From an uncultured Candidatus Actinomarina sp. (lineage in GTDB: Bacteria > Actinomycetota > Acidimicrobiia > Actinomarinales > Actinomarinaceae), in the NCBI GenBank assembly GCA_902593795.1, contig CACJJR010000003.1, forward strand, positions 23,626 through 87,625: 64,000 nt of DNA, written 5' to 3'. The position numbers and the translations under genes are program-made. This document shows, piece after piece, positions 36,040 through 48,881 of this stretch. Position 1 is the stretch's first letter, and every line of letters begins with the position of its first letter. Under the pieces are notes generated by a model. That model had not been told where the DNA came from and made no database searches. It saw only the letters and a list, made by a program, of their open reading frames with translations.

Positions 36040-39000
36040 ATGGATAAAATTTTTGATGAATTAAGTATTAGTCTTGCAACATCAGATCAAATGAGAAGTT
36101 GGTCTTTCGGAGAAGTTAAGAAACCTGAAACAATTAACTACAGAACATTAAAGCCTGAAAAAGACGGTCTTTTTGATGAAAGAATCTTTGGTCCTACTAA
36201 AGATTGGGAATGCTCCTGTGGTAGGTACAAAAGAATACGATATAGAGGAATCGTATGTGAAAGATGCGGAGTTGAAGTTACTAGACGTGAAGTTAGAAGA
36301 GAGAGAATGGGTCATATTGAACTTGCTGCACCAGTTACTCATATCTGGTATTTCAAAGGCGTTCCAAGCAGATTAGGTTACTTCCTTGATATGTCTCCTA
36401 AAGAATTAGAAAAAGTTATTTATTTTGCTGCGTATTTAGTAGTTTCAATCGATTCTAAAAAAAGAACTAAAGATTTAGCTGAGTTAGAAGAAGCGGTTGT
36501 AGCTGAAGTTGAAATTGTAAATGAAGACTTTGAAGAATGGGAACAAAAAAGAATTAAACAAATGGATACTGAAATTAAAGCTATGCAGAATGCAAAAATT
36601 CCTGAGCCAGAAATCCAAATTAGAAAAAAAGAAATTGAAAAAGAAATAAAGCAAAAGCAAGGCAAATCTGATGCTGAAATTAAAGTTATCGAAGATGCAT
36701 TCTCTACACTTAAAACACTTAAACCTAAGACATTAATTGAAAACGATACTTTATGGCGTGAAATGATTGACAAATATGATGAATATTTTGTTGGTGGTAT
36801 GGGGGCAGAAGCAGTAAGGGAATTAGTTCAACTAGTTGACTTAAAAGCCGAAATGGAAAAGTTAGAAACTGATTTAGATTCTAAATCTGCACAAAGACGC
36901 CAAAGAGCAATCCAACGAATGAAAGTAATCAAACCATTTGCGGATGGTAAAAATCCTCCTGAAGCTATGATTTTAGAAGTAGTTCCTGTTATTCCTCCCG
37001 AACTTCGTCCAATGGTGCAACTTGATGGAGGTAGATTTGCCACATCAGATTTAAATGATCTTTATAGAAGGTTAATAAATAGGAATAATCGATTAAAAAA
37101 ACTTATTGAACTAGGAGCACCAGACATAATCATAAGTAATGAAAAGAGAATGTTACAAGAATCTGTAGATGCTTTATTTGATAACGGTAGAAGAGGGCGA
37201 GCTGTTGCAGGTGCCGGAGGCAGGGGTCTTAAGTCACTATCAGATATGTTAAAAGGAAAACAAGGTAGATTCAGACAAAATCTTTTAGGTAAGAGAGTGG
37301 ATTATTCTGCAAGATCAGTTATTGTTGTCGGCCCGCATTTAGAGCTTCAGCAATGTGGACTTCCAAAAATGATGGCTCTAGAACTTTTTAAACCATTTGT
37401 AATGAAACGTCTTGTTGAATTAGGTCTAGCCCAAAATATAAAATCAGCTAAAAGAATGGTTGAAAGATCACGAGCTCAAGTTTGGGATGTATTAGCTGAG
37501 GTAATTGAAGAGCATCCAGTTTTATTAAATAGAGCACCAACTTTACATAGGCTAGGCATTCAGGCATTTGAGCCAATACTTGTAGAAGGAAAAGCAATTC
37601 AAGTACACCCTCTTGTATGTGAAGCATTTAATGCTGATTTTGATGGAGACCAAATGGCTGTCCATGTTCCATTATCAGCAGAAGCACAGGCTGAAGCAAG
37701 AGTGCTGATGCTTTCAACAAATAATGTTTTGTCACCAGCTTCAGGAAATCCAATTGTATCTCCTAGCCAAGACATGGTAATAGGTCTTTATTACATTACA
37801 GAATGTCATCAAGGGCTTGATTCTGCAAAATTCAATTTTGTTGACTTTAATGAAGCTCAAGTTGCATATGAAAGTGGACACATTGGATTACAGACACCAA
37901 TAAATGTTAGGGTTGGAGATTTAGCTGGAAGCGCAGAGATGCATTCAGAATTAAAAGGAAGATTTGCAGAGCTTCTAACTGAAGAGCCAGTTGAAGGAAG
38001 CAAATTAATGCAAACTACTCTTGGAAGGTTGCATTTCAATTCTATTATGCCTTTAGACTTTCCTTATATCCAAGCTTCAATAAGAAAACCAGAAATGAAA
38101 AAAATAATTTCTGAAGTTATCGAAAGATATAATAAAGCAGAACTTAGATTCTTCTTAGATTCTATGAAGTCTGTTGGTTTCAAATATGGTGCAAAAGCAG
38201 GTTTGACTGTAGCAATGAATGATGTAAAAACTCCACCTAGTAAACAACAAATACTTGAAAAATATGAAGCGGAAGCAGAAAAAGTAGAAAAACTTTTTAA
38301 AGACGACATTATTACAGAAACAGAACGTAAACAAAAGGTTATTGAAATTTGGAATGAAGCTACAGACCAAGTTCAATATGCAATGAGTGCTGAGCTTGAG
38401 TCTGAAGAGTTTAATCCTGTTGATATGATGGTCAAATCTGGTGCTAGAGGAAACATGATGCAAGTTAGGCAATTAGCCGGCATGAGAGGTTTAGTTGCAA
38501 ACCCTAAAGGCGATATTATCGAGAGTCCAATTAAAAGTAATTTTAGAGAAGGTATGTCAGTTCTTGAATATTTTATCTCTACACACGGGGCTAGGAAAGG
38601 TCTTGCAGACACAGCTTTAAGAACTGCTGACTCAGGTTACCTTACTAGAAGATTAGTAGATGTTGCTGCAGGTATTGTAGTTAAAGACATAGGTGATGAG
38701 AATATTGACTGGCGTGGAACAAATAAAAAAATTGTAATTGATGGAAAACTAAGCAAATATTTACATTCAACTTTATACGGTCGTGTTTTAGCTGAGGATA
38801 TAAAGATAAATAAGAAAATAGTCGAAATAGACAGTGGTATTAAATTGTCTAAAGGCACATATATTGATGCTGAAGTCCTTGACGGTATAGCAAAATCAGG
38901 AATAGAAGATGTTAATGTATTGACTCCTTTCAACTCACTTAATCCAGAATCAATGGATCCTCTATGCTACGGTTTTAGCCTTGCAACGGGTAAGCCAGTA

Positions 39001-39954
39001 GAAGTTGGTGAAGCTGTAGGTATTATCTCAGCTCAATCAATTGGAGAGCCTGGAACACAGCTTACAATGAGAACTTTCCATACTGGAGGTGTAGTAGGTT
39101 TAGATATTACATCGGGATTACCAAGAATCGTAGAGTTGTTTGAAGCTAGAACTCCAAAAGGAAAAGCAGTACTTTCTCCTATCCAAGGAAAAATTAAATC
39201 AATTGAAATTACTCCTGAAGGAAACAGAAATGTTTTAATAGCTAATGAAAAAGATGAATTTGAATTATTAGTACTTAGAAGGCAAACTTTACTTGTTAAC
39301 CAAGGAGATGAACTCCAAGCTGGGCAGTCCTTAACAACAGGTCCAAAAGATCCGAAAGAAGTTTTACAAATAAATGGTGTAAGAACTTGTCAGGAATACT
39401 TGGTCGATGAAGTCCAAAAGACTTACAGAGATCAAGGAGTTGAAGTTCATGACAAACATGTTGAAATGATAGTTCGTCAAATGTTAAGAAGAGTAAGAAT
39501 TGTAAAGTCAAACAATTCAGACTTCCTACCAAACGAGCTTGCTGATTCAACATTATTTAGAAAGACTAATCAAGAATTAGTCAAGGACGGAAAAGTGCCT
39601 GCTGAAGGTAGACCAGAGCTTATGGGTATCACAAAAGCTAGCCTTGCAACAGACTCATGGTTATCAGCTGCATCTTTTCAAGAAACTACAAGAGTACTCA
39701 CTGAGGCCGCAATGAAGAGAAGTAACGATTCTCTTTCAGGTCTAAAAGAGAATGTTATTATTGGAACTTTAATTCCAGCGGGAACTGGTTCAAATGCATA
39801 TCAAAGTATGAAGCCTTCTCTTCCAGAAGCTCCTGAAGTATCTGAGTTAGGATTTATGGCGTCAACTTCTGAGGATTCAGAAGATGAAGCTTTGCCAAAT
39901 CCTGCACAATGGCTAGCTATGTTAGGTGATGAGAATGAAGTGGAGGATGAGTAA
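36040..39954 (+). CDS. rpoC: DNA-directed RNA polymerase subunit beta'
   Basis: 1304 aa. Zn-finger [23 protein letters not shown], catalytic [16 protein letters not shown]. Confidence 0.98.
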   Translation: MDKIFDELSISLATSDQMRSWSFGEVKKPETINYRTLKPEKDGLFDERIFGPTKDWECSCGRYKRIRYRGIVCERCGVEVTRREVRRERMGHIELAAPVTHIWYFKGVPSRLGYFLDMSPKELEKVIYFAAYLVVSIDSKKRTKDLAELEEAVVAEVEIVNEDFEEWEQKRIKQMDTEIKAMQNAKIPEPEIQIRKKEIEKEIKQKQGKSDAEIKVIEDAFSTLKTLKPKTLIENDTLWREMIDKYDEYFVGGMGAEAVRELVQLVDLKAEMEKLETDLDSKSAQRRQRAIQRMKVIKPFADGKNPPEAMILEVVPVIPPELRPMVQLDGGRFATSDLNDLYRRLINRNNRLKKLIELGAPDIIISNEKRMLQESVDALFDNGRRGRAVAGAGGRGLKSLSDMLKGKQGRFRQNLLGKRVDYSARSVIVVGPHLELQQCGLPKMMALELFKPFVMKRLVELGLAQNIKSAKRMVERSRAQVWDVLAEVIEEHPVLLNRAPTLHRLGIQAFEPILVEGKAIQVHPLVCEAFNADFDGDQMAVHVPLSAEAQAEARVLMLSTNNVLSPASGNPIVSPSQDMVIGLYYITECHQGLDSAKFNFVDFNEAQVAYESGHIGLQTPINVRVGDLAGSAEMHSELKGRFAELLTEEPVEGSKLMQTTLGRLHFNSIMPLDFPYIQASIRKPEMKKIISEVIERYNKAELRFFLDSMKSVGFKYGAKAGLTVAMNDVKTPPSKQQILEKYEAEAEKVEKLFKDDIITETERKQKVIEIWNEATDQVQYAMSAELESEEFNPVDMMVKSGARGNMMQVRQLAGMRGLVANPKGDIIESPIKSNFREGMSVLEYFISTHGARKGLADTALRTADSGYLTRRLVDVAAGIVVKDIGDENIDWRGTNKKIVIDGKLSKYLHSTLYGRVLAEDIKINKKIVEIDSGIKLSKGTYIDAEVLDGIAKSGIEDVNVLTPFNSLNPESMDPLCYGFSLATGKPVEVGEAVGIISAQSIGEPGTQLTMRTFHTGGVVGLDITSGLPRIVELFEARTPKGKAVLSPIQGKIKSIEITPEGNRNVLIANEKDEFELLVLRRQTLLVNQGDELQAGQSLTTGPKDPKEVLQINGVRTCQEYLVDEVQKTYRDQGVEVHDKHVEMIVRQMLRRVRIVKSNNSDFLPNELADSTLFRKTNQELVKDGKVPAEGRPELMGITKASLATDSWLSAASFQETTRVLTEAAMKRSNDSLSGLKENVIIGTLIPAGTGSNAYQSMKPSLPEAPEVSELGFMASTSEDSEDEALPNPAQWLAMLGDENEVEDE

Positions 39955-40047
39955 AAAACTTATAAAAATAAGGTTGTTGTAAGTTTAAATTCGTCATATA
40001 CTTCTTTTTCGGTAAGCCAAAATAGTAAATTTTAGATTGGAATAACT

Positions 40048-40416
40048 ATGCCTACTACGCAACAGTTGATTAGAAAAGGTAGAAAGTCTAAAGTGTCTAA
40101 AGAAAAGACACCTGGACTTAAAGGATCTCCTCAAAGAAGAGGGGTATGTACTCGTGTGTATACTGTGACTCCAAAAAAACCTAACTCAGCTTTGCGTAAA
40201 GTTTGCAGGGTAAGGCTATCTACAGGAACCGAAGTGACTGCTTATATACCTGGCGAAGGTCATAATCTGCAAGAGCATTCAATAGTCCTAGTTAGAGGTG
40301 GTCGTGTAAAAGACTTACCTGGTGTTAGATACAAAGTAATAAGAGGTGCCCTAGATACAGCTGGCGTTACAGATAGAAAACAAGCCAGGTCAAGATATGG
40401 AAGTAAAAAAGGTTAA
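40048..40416 (+). CDS. rpsL: 30S ribosomal protein S12
   Basis: [12 protein letters not shown]...[16 protein letters not shown]. Confidence 0.98.
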   Translation: MPTTQQLIRKGRKSKVSKEKTPGLKGSPQRRGVCTRVYTVTPKKPNSALRKVCRVRLSTGTEVTAYIPGEGHNLQEHSIVLVRGGRVKDLPGVRYKVIRGALDTAGVTDRKQARSRYGSKKG

Positions 40417-40421
40417 GCATA

Positions 40422-40889
40422 ATGAGAAGAGGACCATCACTAAAACGAAAGCCAGAACCTGACCCTATTTATAACAGTTTGTTGGTCTCTCAATTAATAA
40501 ATCAAGTTTTATTAGACGGTAAAAAAGATCTCGCTAGCAATATTGTTTATACAGCCCTACAAATTGTTGAAAAGCAAACAGGCTCTGAACCTCTCAATAT
40601 ACTTAAAGATGCTTTTGAAAATGTAAGACCTCAAATTGAAACTAAATCTAGAAGAGTTGGTGGAACTAATTATCAAGTGCCAATGGAAGTTCCACAGAGA
40701 AGAAGCACTACTTTAGCAATTCGATGGATGGTAGATTCTTCAAGAAAAAGAGGAGAAAAAACCATGTCAGAAAGACTTGGTAGAGAAATCTTAGATGCAA
40801 GTAATAAAACAGGAGCATCTGTGAAGAAAAGAGAAGATGTTCATAAGATGGCTGAATCAAATAGAGCATTTGCTCACTACAGGTGGTAA
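40422..40889 (+). CDS. rpsG: 30S ribosomal protein S7
   Basis: [23 protein letters not shown]...AFAHYRW. Confidence 0.98.
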   Translation: MRRGPSLKRKPEPDPIYNSLLVSQLINQVLLDGKKDLASNIVYTALQIVEKQTGSEPLNILKDAFENVRPQIETKSRRVGGTNYQVPMEVPQRRSTTLAIRWMVDSSRKRGEKTMSERLGREILDASNKTGASVKKREDVHKMAESNRAFAHYRW

Positions 40890-40892
40890 TTA

Positions 40893-42980
40893 ATGACTAG
40901 AGAAGTTGATCTAAATAATTTAAGAAATATTGGAATAATGGCACATATTGATGCTGGTAAAACAACTCTTACTGAGCGTATTCTTTACTACACCGGCAAA
41001 ACTTACAAGATTGGAGAAGTACATGACGGTGCTGCTGTTATGGATTGGATGGAGCAAGAACAAGAAAGAGGAATAACCATCACTTCTGCTGCAACTACTT
41101 GTAGTTGGAATAATCATACCGTTAATATTATTGACACACCAGGACACGTTGATTTTACTGTTGAAGTTGAAAGATCTTTAAGGGTACTTGATGGAGCAGT
41201 TGCAGTTTTTGATGGAGTAGCAGGCGTAGAACCTCAGTCAGAAACTGTTTGGAGACAGGCTGACAAGTACAACGTTCCAAGAATTTGTTTTGTAAACAAG
41301 CTAGATAGAACAGGTGCTAATTTTGATTTTGATGTTCAGTCAATAATTGAGAGACTAGAGGCAAAGCCAGCAGTTTTACATATACCTATTGGTTCTGAGG
41401 CAGATTTTGTTGGAGTAGTTGATTTAGTTGAAATGAAATCTCATACTTGGTCTAAAGATGACGGTTCCGAATGGGATATTGGTGATATACCTGAAGACAT
41501 GCTCCAAGAAGCACAATCAAAAAGGCAAGAACTTTTAGACGTAGTAGCTGAAGCAGATGATGATGTATTAGAAAAATACTTTGCTGACGAAGAGTTAACG
41601 GTTGAAGATATTAAGAAAGCTATTAGAAAGGGTACTCTTGAGGGAATGTTTGTACCAGTTCTTGCTGGAAGTGCATTTAAAAATAAAGGTGTCCAGCTTT
41701 TGCTAGATGCTGTAGTTGACTATTTGCCTTCACCACTTGATATTGAAGATGTTACAGGATTTAAACCTGGAGATGAAGAAAATGAACTTTCAAGATCTCA
41801 TAGTGATGAAGAACCATTTTCTGCTCTCGCTTTTAAAGTTGTTAGTGATCCTCATGTAGGAAAGCTTACATATTTTAGAGTTTATTCAGGAACCCTTAAT
41901 AAAGGTGACAAGGTTACCAATACCACTACAGGAAAAGAAGAAAGATTAGGAAGAATTCTTAGGATGCATTCTAACTCTAGAGAAGATATCAATTTCATCT
42001 GTGCAGGAGATATAGTTGCAGGTGTCGGGCTAAAGAATGCTAAAACAGGCGATACTTTATCAGATTCATCTCAATTAATTCAATTAGAATCAATGACGTT
42101 CCCAGAGCCAGTTATCTCTGTCGCTATTGAGCCAAAATCAAAAGCTGATGAAGAAAAATTATCAGAAGGACTTCAAAAATTAGCCGAAGAAGATCCGACT
42201 TTCCGAGTTCAGTCAGATGAGGAAACGGGTCAAACAATAATCTCTGGAATGGGCGAATTACATCTAGATATATTAGTTGATAGATTAAAGAGAGAATTCA
42301 AAGTTGAAGCAAATATTGGAAAACCTCAAGTTGCTTATAGAGAAGCTTTAAAGAAAAAAACTGATGTAGAAGCCAAATATATTAGACAAAGCGGTGGTCG
42401 TGGTCAGTATGGTCATGTAATTATGGAGTTAGAGCCAATTAATGAAGGATATGAATTTGTTGATTTAATTAAAAGTGGAAGAATTCCGAAAGAATACATA
42501 CCTTCTGTCAATGCAGGGGTCGAAGCGGCAATGGAAACTGGGGTTTTAGCTGGATATCCACTAGTCAATATAAGAGCAACACTTAAAGATGGAACTTACC
42601 ATGATGTTGACTCTTCTGAAATGGCTTTTAAAATTGCTGGATCAATGGCTCTTAAAGATGGTGCAAAAAAAGCTGGAGTTAAATTGCTTGAACCAGTTAT
42701 GACAGTAGAGGTGGTAACACCTGAAGATTTCATGGGAGATGTTGTCGGAGATCTTTCCTCAAGAAGAGGAAAGATAGCTGAAATGGAGCAAAGAGGATCT
42801 GCAAAGGTCGTCAATGCAAAAGTACCATTATCAGAAATGTTTGGATACGCAACTGATTTGCGTTCTCGAACTCAAGGCCGTGCAACATTTACGATGCAGT
42901 TTGATAGTTATGAGGACGTACCAGACAGCATAACTAAAGAAATAACTGCGAGTATTCGTGGAGTAGAGGTAGAAGTTTAA
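40893..42980 (+). CDS. fusA: Elongation factor G
   Basis: [34 protein letters not shown]. Confidence 0.98.
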   Translation: MTREVDLNNLRNIGIMAHIDAGKTTLTERILYYTGKTYKIGEVHDGAAVMDWMEQEQERGITITSAATTCSWNNHTVNIIDTPGHVDFTVEVERSLRVLDGAVAVFDGVAGVEPQSETVWRQADKYNVPRICFVNKLDRTGANFDFDVQSIIERLEAKPAVLHIPIGSEADFVGVVDLVEMKSHTWSKDDGSEWDIGDIPEDMLQEAQSKRQELLDVVAEADDDVLEKYFADEELTVEDIKKAIRKGTLEGMFVPVLAGSAFKNKGVQLLLDAVVDYLPSPLDIEDVTGFKPGDEENELSRSHSDEEPFSALAFKVVSDPHVGKLTYFRVYSGTLNKGDKVTNTTTGKEERLGRILRMHSNSREDINFICAGDIVAGVGLKNAKTGDTLSDSSQLIQLESMTFPEPVISVAIEPKSKADEEKLSEGLQKLAEEDPTFRVQSDEETGQTIISGMGELHLDILVDRLKREFKVEANIGKPQVAYREALKKKTDVEAKYIRQSGGRGQYGHVIMELEPINEGYEFVDLIKSGRIPKEYIPSVNAGVEAAMETGVLAGYPLVNIRATLKDGTYHDVDSSEMAFKIAGSMALKDGAKKAGVKLLEPVMTVEVVTPEDFMGDVVGDLSSRRGKIAEMEQRGSAKVVNAKVPLSEMFGYATDLRSRTQGRATFTMQFDSYEDVPDSITKEITASIRGVEVEV

Positions 42981-43016
42981 GCCTGAAAAGGTTTAGATCA
43001 AAAAAAAGGAGAAAAT

Positions 43017-44201
43017 ATGTCAAAGGAAAAATTTGACCGTAGCAAGCCTCATGTGAACGTTGGTACAATGGGACACATTGACCACGGTAAAACCACATTG
43101 ACGGCCGCTATAACAAAAGTTTTAGCTGATGCTGGTTCAGGAGATGTTACAGCTTTTGAAGATATTGATAAAGCCCCCGAAGAGAGGGAAAGAGGAATCA
43201 CAATCCAGATTGCTCATGTTGAGTATGAAACTGAAAACAGACATTATGCTCACGTAGATATGCCTGGTCACGCTGATTATGTGAAAAACATGATTACAGG
43301 TGCGGCACAGGTTGATGGAGCAATTTTGGTTGTTTCTGCAGCAGATGGTCCAATGCCACAAACTAGAGAACACGTTCTACTAGCAAGGCAAGTTGGTGTA
43401 CCAGCTATTGCAGTATTCCTTAATAAAGTCGATCAAGTTGATGATGATGAGCTTTTAGATCTTGTAGAAATGGAAGTTAGAGAATTATTAAACGAATATG
43501 ACTTTCCAGGAGATGATGTTCCTGTCGTTAAAGGTTCAGCACTTGCTGCTCTTGAAGGCAAGGAAGAAGGAATCAACGCTGTTAAAGAATTAATGGACCA
43601 AGTTGATTCATATATTGAAGAACCAACAAGAGTAGTAGACAAACCATTCTTAATGCCTGTCGAAGATGTATTTTCTATCACTGGTAGAGGTACTGTTGTA
43701 ACAGGAAGAATTGAGCAAGGTATTGTCAATGTAAACGAAGAAGTCGAGATTGTTGGAATAAGAGAAACAACCAAATCAGTTTGTACTGGTGTTGAGATGT
43801 TTAGAAAGCTTCTTGATGAAGGTAGAGCAGGTGACAATGTCGGTCTTCTCTTACGTGGAGTAGATAAAGAAGATGTTGAAAGAGGACAGGTTATTGCAAA
43901 GCCTGGATCAATTACACCTCATACAAAGTTTGAGGCTGAAGTCTATGTTCTTACAAAAGAAGAGGGTGGTAGACATAACCCATTCTTTAAAGGATATAGG
44001 CCACAATTCTATTTCAGAACAACTGACGTTACTGGAGAAGTTACTCTAGGCGATGGTACTGAAATGGTTATGCCTGGCGACAATGTATCCATCTCTGTAG
44101 AACTAATTTCCCCAATTGCAATGGAAGAAGGAGTGAAGTTCGCAATTAGAGAAGGTGGAAGAACTGTTGGAGCTGGACAGGTGACAAAAGTTATCGAGTA
44201 A
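43017..44201 (+). CDS. tuf: Elongation factor Tu
   Basis: [32 protein letters not shown]. Confidence 0.98.
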   Translation: MSKEKFDRSKPHVNVGTMGHIDHGKTTLTAAITKVLADAGSGDVTAFEDIDKAPEERERGITIQIAHVEYETENRHYAHVDMPGHADYVKNMITGAAQVDGAILVVSAADGPMPQTREHVLLARQVGVPAIAVFLNKVDQVDDDELLDLVEMEVRELLNEYDFPGDDVPVVKGSALAALEGKEEGINAVKELMDQVDSYIEEPTRVVDKPFLMPVEDVFSITGRGTVVTGRIEQGIVNVNEEVEIVGIRETTKSVCTGVEMFRKLLDEGRAGDNVGLLLRGVDKEDVERGQVIAKPGSITPHTKFEAEVYVLTKEEGGRHNPFFKGYRPQFYFRTTDVTGEVTLGDGTEMVMPGDNVSISVELISPIAMEEGVKFAIREGGRTVGAGQVTKVIE

Positions 44202-44210
44202 TAAAAATTA

Positions 44211-44245
44211 ACCGGGAGTAGAATTCAAACTCCCGGTTTTTTTTT
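44211..44245 (+). terminator. Rho-independent terminator after tuf
   Basis: ACCGGGAG-N11-CTCCCGGT followed by a T9 run. Confidence 0.85.
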
Positions 44246-44254
44246 GAGGAAAAA

Positions 44255-44566
44255 ATGGCAAAAGGACAACAAATCAGAATAAAGCTTAAAGCTTACGACA
44301 ACTATGTTGTTGATGAATCTGCACGCAAAATTGCTGAAACAGTTCTTAAAACACAAGCTAAAGTAAAAGGTCCTGTTCCCTTACCAACTCAAATTCATAG
44401 ATATTGTGTTATTAGGTCTCCTCATGTTGATAAAAAGTCACGTGAACATTTTGAAATGAGAATACATAAGCGTCTTATTGATATCGTTGAGCCTACACCA
44501 AAGACAGTGGACTCTCTCATGAGACTCGACTTACCTGCTGGAGTTGAGGTAGAGATTAAATTATGA
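44255..44566 (+). CDS. rpsJ: 30S ribosomal protein S10
   Basis: IRIKLKAYD...; first gene of the S10 operon. Confidence 0.97.
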   Translation: MAKGQQIRIKLKAYDNYVVDESARKIAETVLKTQAKVKGPVPLPTQIHRYCVIRSPHVDKKSREHFEMRIHKRLIDIVEPTPKTVDSLMRLDLPAGVEVEIKL

Positions 44567-45195
44567 ATACTTTAATTGCTCGCAAAGTAGGAATGACACA
44601 AATTTTTGATGAAAACTCTAAAGCACTTGGAGTTACTGTTTTAGATGTTTCCGATTGTAGGATTGTGCAAGTAAAAAATAATGTTATTGATGGTTATTGC
44701 GCAGCACAGTTAACTATTGGAACTAAAAAAAATCCAACAAAACCAATACAGAACCATTTTAAAAAATATAAATCTGAACCAGGTGAAATAGTTTTTGAAG
44801 TTGAAGTAGATGAAGATTTTCAATTAAGTCCTGGTACAGTTGTAAAAGTTTCTGACATATTTGAAATTGGACAAAAAGTAGACATCTCAGGCATATCAAA
44901 AGGAAAAGGCTTTGCAGGAGTGATGAAAAGACATAATTTTTCAGGCCAAAAAGCTAGTCATGGTGTACATAAGGTTCATAGAGCAGGTGGTTCTATTGGT
45001 AATGCCTCATATCCTGGTCATGTATTTAAAGGGCAAAAAATGGCTGGAAGAATGGGAAATGACAAAACTACAATTCAGTCAGTTACAATTGTTGGCCTTA
45101 ATGAAGAAAAAAATTATTTACTTGTAAACGGGTCAGTACCTGGAAATAAAGGTAATATCGTAAAAGTTCAAAAAGCTGTAAAGGTAAAACGATGA
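44563..45195 (+). CDS. rplC: 50S ribosomal protein L3
   Basis: [23 protein letters not shown]. Confidence 0.97.
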   Translation: MNTLIARKVGMTQIFDENSKALGVTVLDVSDCRIVQVKNNVIDGYCAAQLTIGTKKNPTKPIQNHFKKYKSEPGEIVFEVEVDEDFQLSPGTVVKVSDIFEIGQKVDISGISKGKGFAGVMKRHNFSGQKASHGVHKVHRAGGSIGNASYPGHVFKGQKMAGRMGNDKTTIQSVTIVGLNEEKNYLLVNGSVPGNKGNIVKVQKAVKVKR

Positions 45196-45815
45196 GTGTA
45201 AAAATAGATACTTTAAATACTAAAGAAAATAAAATTACCAAAAAACAGTACGGTTTTAATCCAATTGATGAAATCAATATTGGACTTCTTCATCAAGTTG
45301 TAAAGGGCAGTAGAACTAATTTTAGAAACAATACTGCTTCAGTAAAAACTAGAGCACAGGTATCGGGGACTGGAGCAAAACCCTGGGCTCAAAAAGGAAC
45401 AGGACGAGCAAGACAAGGTTCATTGAGATCTCCTCAGTTTGTTGGTGGTGGCGTAGCACATGGTCCTGGAACAAGAGTCTATAAGGACAGAACTCCTAAA
45501 AAAATGAAATCAAAAGCTTTGGTTATGGCCATTTCACAAAGAATTTCAGAGGAATCAGTTTTTGTTATTGACGGTGGAGGATTTGAAGTACCATCAACAA
45601 AATTAGCCGTGTCCTCTACAAACGAATTTGGAATTAAAAGAAGTTTCACATTTGTTTATTCTGATGAAGATGAGGCTCTATTTAAGTCATTTAGAAACAT
45701 CAAAGATGCTAAATTAGTTTCAGTCAAAAAGCTCGCAGCAATTGATATCATTTCAACTGACGATACAATCTTTTCTTCTAATGCAATAAAGCAATATGTA
45801 GGAGAAGAGCAATGA
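45192..45815 (+). CDS. rplD: 50S ribosomal protein L4
   Basis: KPWAQKGTGRARQGSLRSPQFVGGGVAHGP. Confidence 0.97.
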   Translation: MSVKIDTLNTKENKITKKQYGFNPIDEINIGLLHQVVKGSRTNFRNNTASVKTRAQVSGTGAKPWAQKGTGRARQGSLRSPQFVGGGVAHGPGTRVYKDRTPKKMKSKALVMAISQRISEESVFVIDGGGFEVPSTKLAVSSTNEFGIKRSFTFVYSDEDEALFKSFRNIKDAKLVSVKKLAAIDIISTDDTIFSSNAIKQYVGEEQ

Positions 45816-46099
45816 AATATTTAGAAGATGTATTAATTGCTCCCGTTATTTCTGAAAAATCTTACGACAGAATAGCTGATTCAAATTCATATACTTTTTT
45901 TGTTCATCCAAAAACTGATAAACCTCAAATAAAAAAAGCTGTTGAGCAGATTTTTGATGTCAATGTTTTAAGGGTCAATACAATGTATCGAAAAGGAAAG
46001 AAAAAACGTTTTGGTTATGTGTTTGGACAGCAAAGTAATAGAAAAATAGCTATTGTTACGCTTTCTGAAGGCGAAACAATAGAAGCTTTCGGAGTATAG
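45812..46099 (+). CDS. rplW: 50S ribosomal protein L23
   Basis: [11 protein letters not shown]...[17 protein letters not shown]. Confidence 0.96.
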   Translation: MKYLEDVLIAPVISEKSYDRIADSNSYTFFVHPKTDKPQIKKAVEQIFDVNVLRVNTMYRKGKKKRFGYVFGQQSNRKIAIVTLSEGETIEAFGV

Positions 46100-46101
46100 T
46101 A

Positions 46102-46935
46102 ATGGGATCAAAAAAAATTAGACCAGTAACACCAGGCATGAGGGGCCAAGTTTCAACTGATTTTAAAGATATCACCAAAAAGAAACCAGAGAAATCCCTT
46201 CTTCAATCAAAAAAGTCTTCTGGCGGAAGAAACAACAAAGGTCGTATTACATCTCGCCATAGAGGCGGAGGACATAAACAAAAATATAGAGTAATAGATT
46301 TCAAAAGAGTTAAAGATGGAATTCAAGCTAGAGTAGCTGGAATAGAGTATGACCCAAATAGAAATGCAAGAATAGCATTGCTTCATTATGTAGATGGAGA
46401 AAAAGCTTATATTATTGCACCAGACGGTATTGAAGTTGATTCTATAGTTGAGTCAGGTTCAAAAGCAGATATTAAAGATGGCAATTGCCTCCCTTTAAGA
46501 AACATACCATCCGGAACATTTGTTCATGCAGTTGAGTTAAGACCAGGTGGTGGAGCAAAAATGGCACGCTCAGCTGGATCTTCAGTACAGTTGATGAGCA
46601 AAGAGGGTGATTTAGCATTATTACGACTTCCATCCGGCGAAATGAGAAATGTACCAATGGATTGTAGAGCAACCGTAGGAACAGTTGGGAACGCAGAAGC
46701 AGAATTAACAAAATTAGGTAAAGCAGGTAGAAATAGATGGAAAGGTGTAAGACCCCAGACTAGAGGTGTTGCAATGAACCCTGTCGATCACCCACTTGGT
46801 GGTGGTGAAGGAAAGTCTTCTGGTGGTAGAGTGCCAGTTAGCCCTTGGGGAAAGCCTGAAAAGAAAACCAGAAAGAAAAATAAATATAGTAACAAATCTA
46901 TTGTTAGAAGAAGATCTCAAAAAGGTAGAAGTTAA
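46102..46935 (+). CDS. rplB: 50S ribosomal protein L2
   Basis: [30 protein letters not shown]. Confidence 0.98.
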   Translation: MGSKKIRPVTPGMRGQVSTDFKDITKKKPEKSLLQSKKSSGGRNNKGRITSRHRGGGHKQKYRVIDFKRVKDGIQARVAGIEYDPNRNARIALLHYVDGEKAYIIAPDGIEVDSIVESGSKADIKDGNCLPLRNIPSGTFVHAVELRPGGGAKMARSAGSSVQLMSKEGDLALLRLPSGEMRNVPMDCRATVGTVGNAEAELTKLGKAGRNRWKGVRPQTRGVAMNPVDHPLGGGEGKSSGGRVPVSPWGKPEKKTRKKNKYSNKSIVRRRSQKGRS

Positions 46936-46936
46936 T

Positions 46937-47200
46937 ATGTCAAGAAGTTTAAGAAAAGGACCATTTGTGGATGAGCATCTTTTAAGGAAAGTTGAAGAAG
47001 CTCAAAACACTGGAAATAAAGGTGTTATTAAAACATGGAGTCGTCGTTCTACTGTTGTTCCTGAAATGGTTGGGTTAACAATAGCTGTTCATAATGGAAG
47101 ACAACATTTACCTGTATTTATAACTGAAGCAATGGTTGGTCATAAACTCGGAGAATTTTCACCAACAAGAACATTTAAAGGACATCCAGGACAAAGCTAA
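46937..47200 (+). CDS. rpsS: 30S ribosomal protein S19
   Basis: The true start is ATG 46937 ([15 protein letters not shown]). The ORF-track start at 46796 is an in-frame read-back over rplB. Confidence 0.96.
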   Translation: MSRSLRKGPFVDEHLLRKVEEAQNTGNKGVIKTWSRRSTVVPEMVGLTIAVHNGRQHLPVFITEAMVGHKLGEFSPTRTFKGHPGQS

Positions 47201-47547
47201 TGGAAAAAACAACAGTAAAAGCGCAAAGCAAGTATCTAAGGCAATCACCTTACAAAATGAGACTTGTTTTAAATTTGATAAGGGGACTTGAAGTTCAGGA
47301 TGCATTAAATGTATTAACATTTACAAAAAGAAAAGCTGCAACTGAAATAAAACAACTACTTCAGAGCGCCATTGCAAACGCTGAGGCTAATTACAATTTA
47401 AATGCATCAGACTTATATATTTCAAAAGCTATAGCTGATGAGGGTCCTACATTAAAAAGATTTAGACCAAGAGCTAGAGGTAGAGCTGGAAGAATCAATA
47501 AGAGGACAACTCATTTATTGATTGAATTAGAAAGTGTGGTTGAATAA
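47200..47547 (+). CDS. rplV: 50S ribosomal protein L22
   Basis: KYLRQSPYKMRLVLNLIRG...RARGRAGRINKRTTH. Confidence 0.97.
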   Translation: MEKTTVKAQSKYLRQSPYKMRLVLNLIRGLEVQDALNVLTFTKRKAATEIKQLLQSAIANAEANYNLNASDLYISKAIADEGPTLKRFRPRARGRAGRINKRTTHLLIELESVVE

Positions 47548-48464
47548 TGGGTCAAAAAACACATCCATATGCTTTTAGGATAGGGATTGTAAATGATTGG
47601 AAGTCACGCTGGTTCAACAGCAAAGATTATAAAACTTTAGTTAACCAAGACTATCAAATTAGAGATTTTCTATCTAGAGAATTACCTAAAGCAGCAGTTT
47701 CTCGAATTGATATTGAAAGAAGAGATAAAGGTGGAACATTAACTGTAGACATTCATACCGCAAGACCAGGTGTTGTAATTGGTAGAAAAGGTGTTGAAGC
47801 AGATAGGTTAAGAAAAGGTATTGAAAAGCTTTCTAAGCAACCTGTGAAATTAAACATTATAGAAATAAGGGAAGCTGAACTAGATGCTCAGCTTTTAGCT
47901 CGTGGAATTGCAGATCAGTTAGAAAATAGAGTTGCATTTAGAAGAGCCATGAAGAGAGCAGTATCAGCAGCATTAAAAGCAGGTGCTGAAGGTGTGAGAG
48001 TTGAGTGTTCTGGAAGACTTGGTGGAGCTGAAATGGGCAGAAGAGAGTGGTATAGAGAAGGAAGAGTACCACTACACACATTAAGAGCTGATATTGACTT
48101 TGGAAGAGCAGCTGCTCACACAACTGTAGGAGCTATAGGTGTAAAAGTCTGGGTTTACAAAGGGGATGTAGTTGGATCAAACAAGCTTAGACAAGAAAAA
48201 ATATCTGCAGAAGCTAATTTAGCTAGTGGTGGCCCTGCAGCAGGAAGAGTTAAATCTGTTAAATCAAGAGCCGAAGCTGCGGTTGGTGAAAATAAAGAAT
48301 CTAAAATTTTAGAAGCTGGTGGCGGTAAAAAAGCAAATGAAGAAAAGGCTTCAAAAATTGTAGAAGCAGGTGGCGGTAAAAAAATTACTAAAGAAGCTGC
48401 TCAAGCAAAATTTGAAGAAGAAAAATCAATTTTAGAAGAAAAATCAATTTTAGAAGAAGAGTAA
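47547..48464 (+). CDS. rpsC: 30S ribosomal protein S3 with a repeat-containing C-terminal extension
   Basis: MGQKTHPYAFRIGI, KH domain, GRLGGAEMGRREWYREGRVPLHTLRADIDF; then about 90 extra residues with internal repeats. Confidence 0.97.
   Translation: MGQKTHPYAFRIGIVNDWKSRWFNSKDYKTLVNQDYQIRDFLSRELPKAAVSRIDIERRDKGGTLTVDIHTARPGVVIGRKGVEADRLRKGIEKLSKQPVKLNIIEIREAELDAQLLARGIADQLENRVAFRRAMKRAVSAALKAGAEGVRVECSGRLGGAEMGRREWYREGRVPLHTLRADIDFGRAAAHTTVGAIGVKVWVYKGDVVGSNKLRQEKISAEANLASGGPAAGRVKSVKSRAEAAVGENKESKILEAGGGKKANEEKASKIVEAGGGKKITKEAAQAKFEEEKSILEEKSILEEE
48300..48452 (+). repeat. In-frame coding repeats in the rpsC tail
   Basis: A 51-nt-period repeat (units at 48300-48332 and 48351-48383, SKILEAGGGKK / SKIVEAGGGKK) and a perfect 18-nt tandem duplication, GAAGAAAAATCAATTTTA x2 (48417-48452, EEKSIL x2). 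Confidence 0.9.
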
Positions 48465-48467
48465 ATT

Positions 48468-48881
48468 ATGTTGATGCCAAAAAAAACAAAGTATAGAAAA
48501 TCTTTCAGAGGTAGAAGAAAAGGTAATTCAAAAGGTGGAAATGTTGTTACCTTTGGTGATTATGGACTTCAGGCTCTTGAAACCTCTTATGTAACTGGAA
48601 GGCAAATTGAAGCTGCAAGAATTACAATTACTCGAACCATGAAACGTGGTGGTAAAGTATGGATTAATATTTTTCCACATAAGCCAATCACAAAAAAACC
48701 AGCAGAAGTCAGGATGGGATCAGGTAAAGGTGCGGTTGAATATTACGTTGCAGTAGTTAAACCAGGTCGCATTATTTTTGAAATTTCTGGTGTTCCTGAG
48801 GACGTTGCTAGAGAAGCAATGCGAAAGGCTGGACATAAATTGCCTATGAAAACAAAACTTGTTAAGAGAGATACAGTATGA
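48468..48881 (+). CDS. rplP: 50S ribosomal protein L16
   Basis: [16 protein letters not shown]. Confidence 0.97.
   Translation: MLMPKKTKYRKSFRGRRKGNSKGGNVVTFGDYGLQALETSYVTGRQIEAARITITRTMKRGGKVWINIFPHKPITKKPAEVRMGSGKGAVEYYVAVVKPGRIIFEISGVPEDVAREAMRKAGHKLPMKTKLVKRDTV

Noticed and set aside
33293-39553. Numerous 60-125-aa ORFs on the minus strand or in alternate frames inside rpoB/rpoC (e.g. 34485-34856, 36420-36773, 38155-38472)
   Set aside because: All are embedded in the strongly supported rpoB/rpoC frames and have low-complexity or Ser/Leu/Phe-rich translations. They are typical shadow ORFs of AT-rich coding DNA.
43433-43837. 134-aa minus-strand ORF inside tuf (and 40920-41147, 42596-42814 inside fusA)
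   Set aside because: These are antisense shadows of highly conserved genes with Ser/Thr/Pro-rich nonsense translations.
46796-46936. N-terminal extension of the rpsS ORF (134 aa)
   Set aside because: It overlaps the rplB 3' end in another frame. S19 begins at the conserved [10 protein letters not shown] at 46937. Similar read-back extensions were trimmed for rpsD (57134), rplQ (58730), rpsI (60881), rpsH (50864) and rplF (51262).
48300-48452. The periodic repeats were considered as a possible CRISPR/minisatellite
   Set aside because: The repeats are in frame within rpsC, are adjacent or tandem without unique spacers, and translate to a coherent charged tail.
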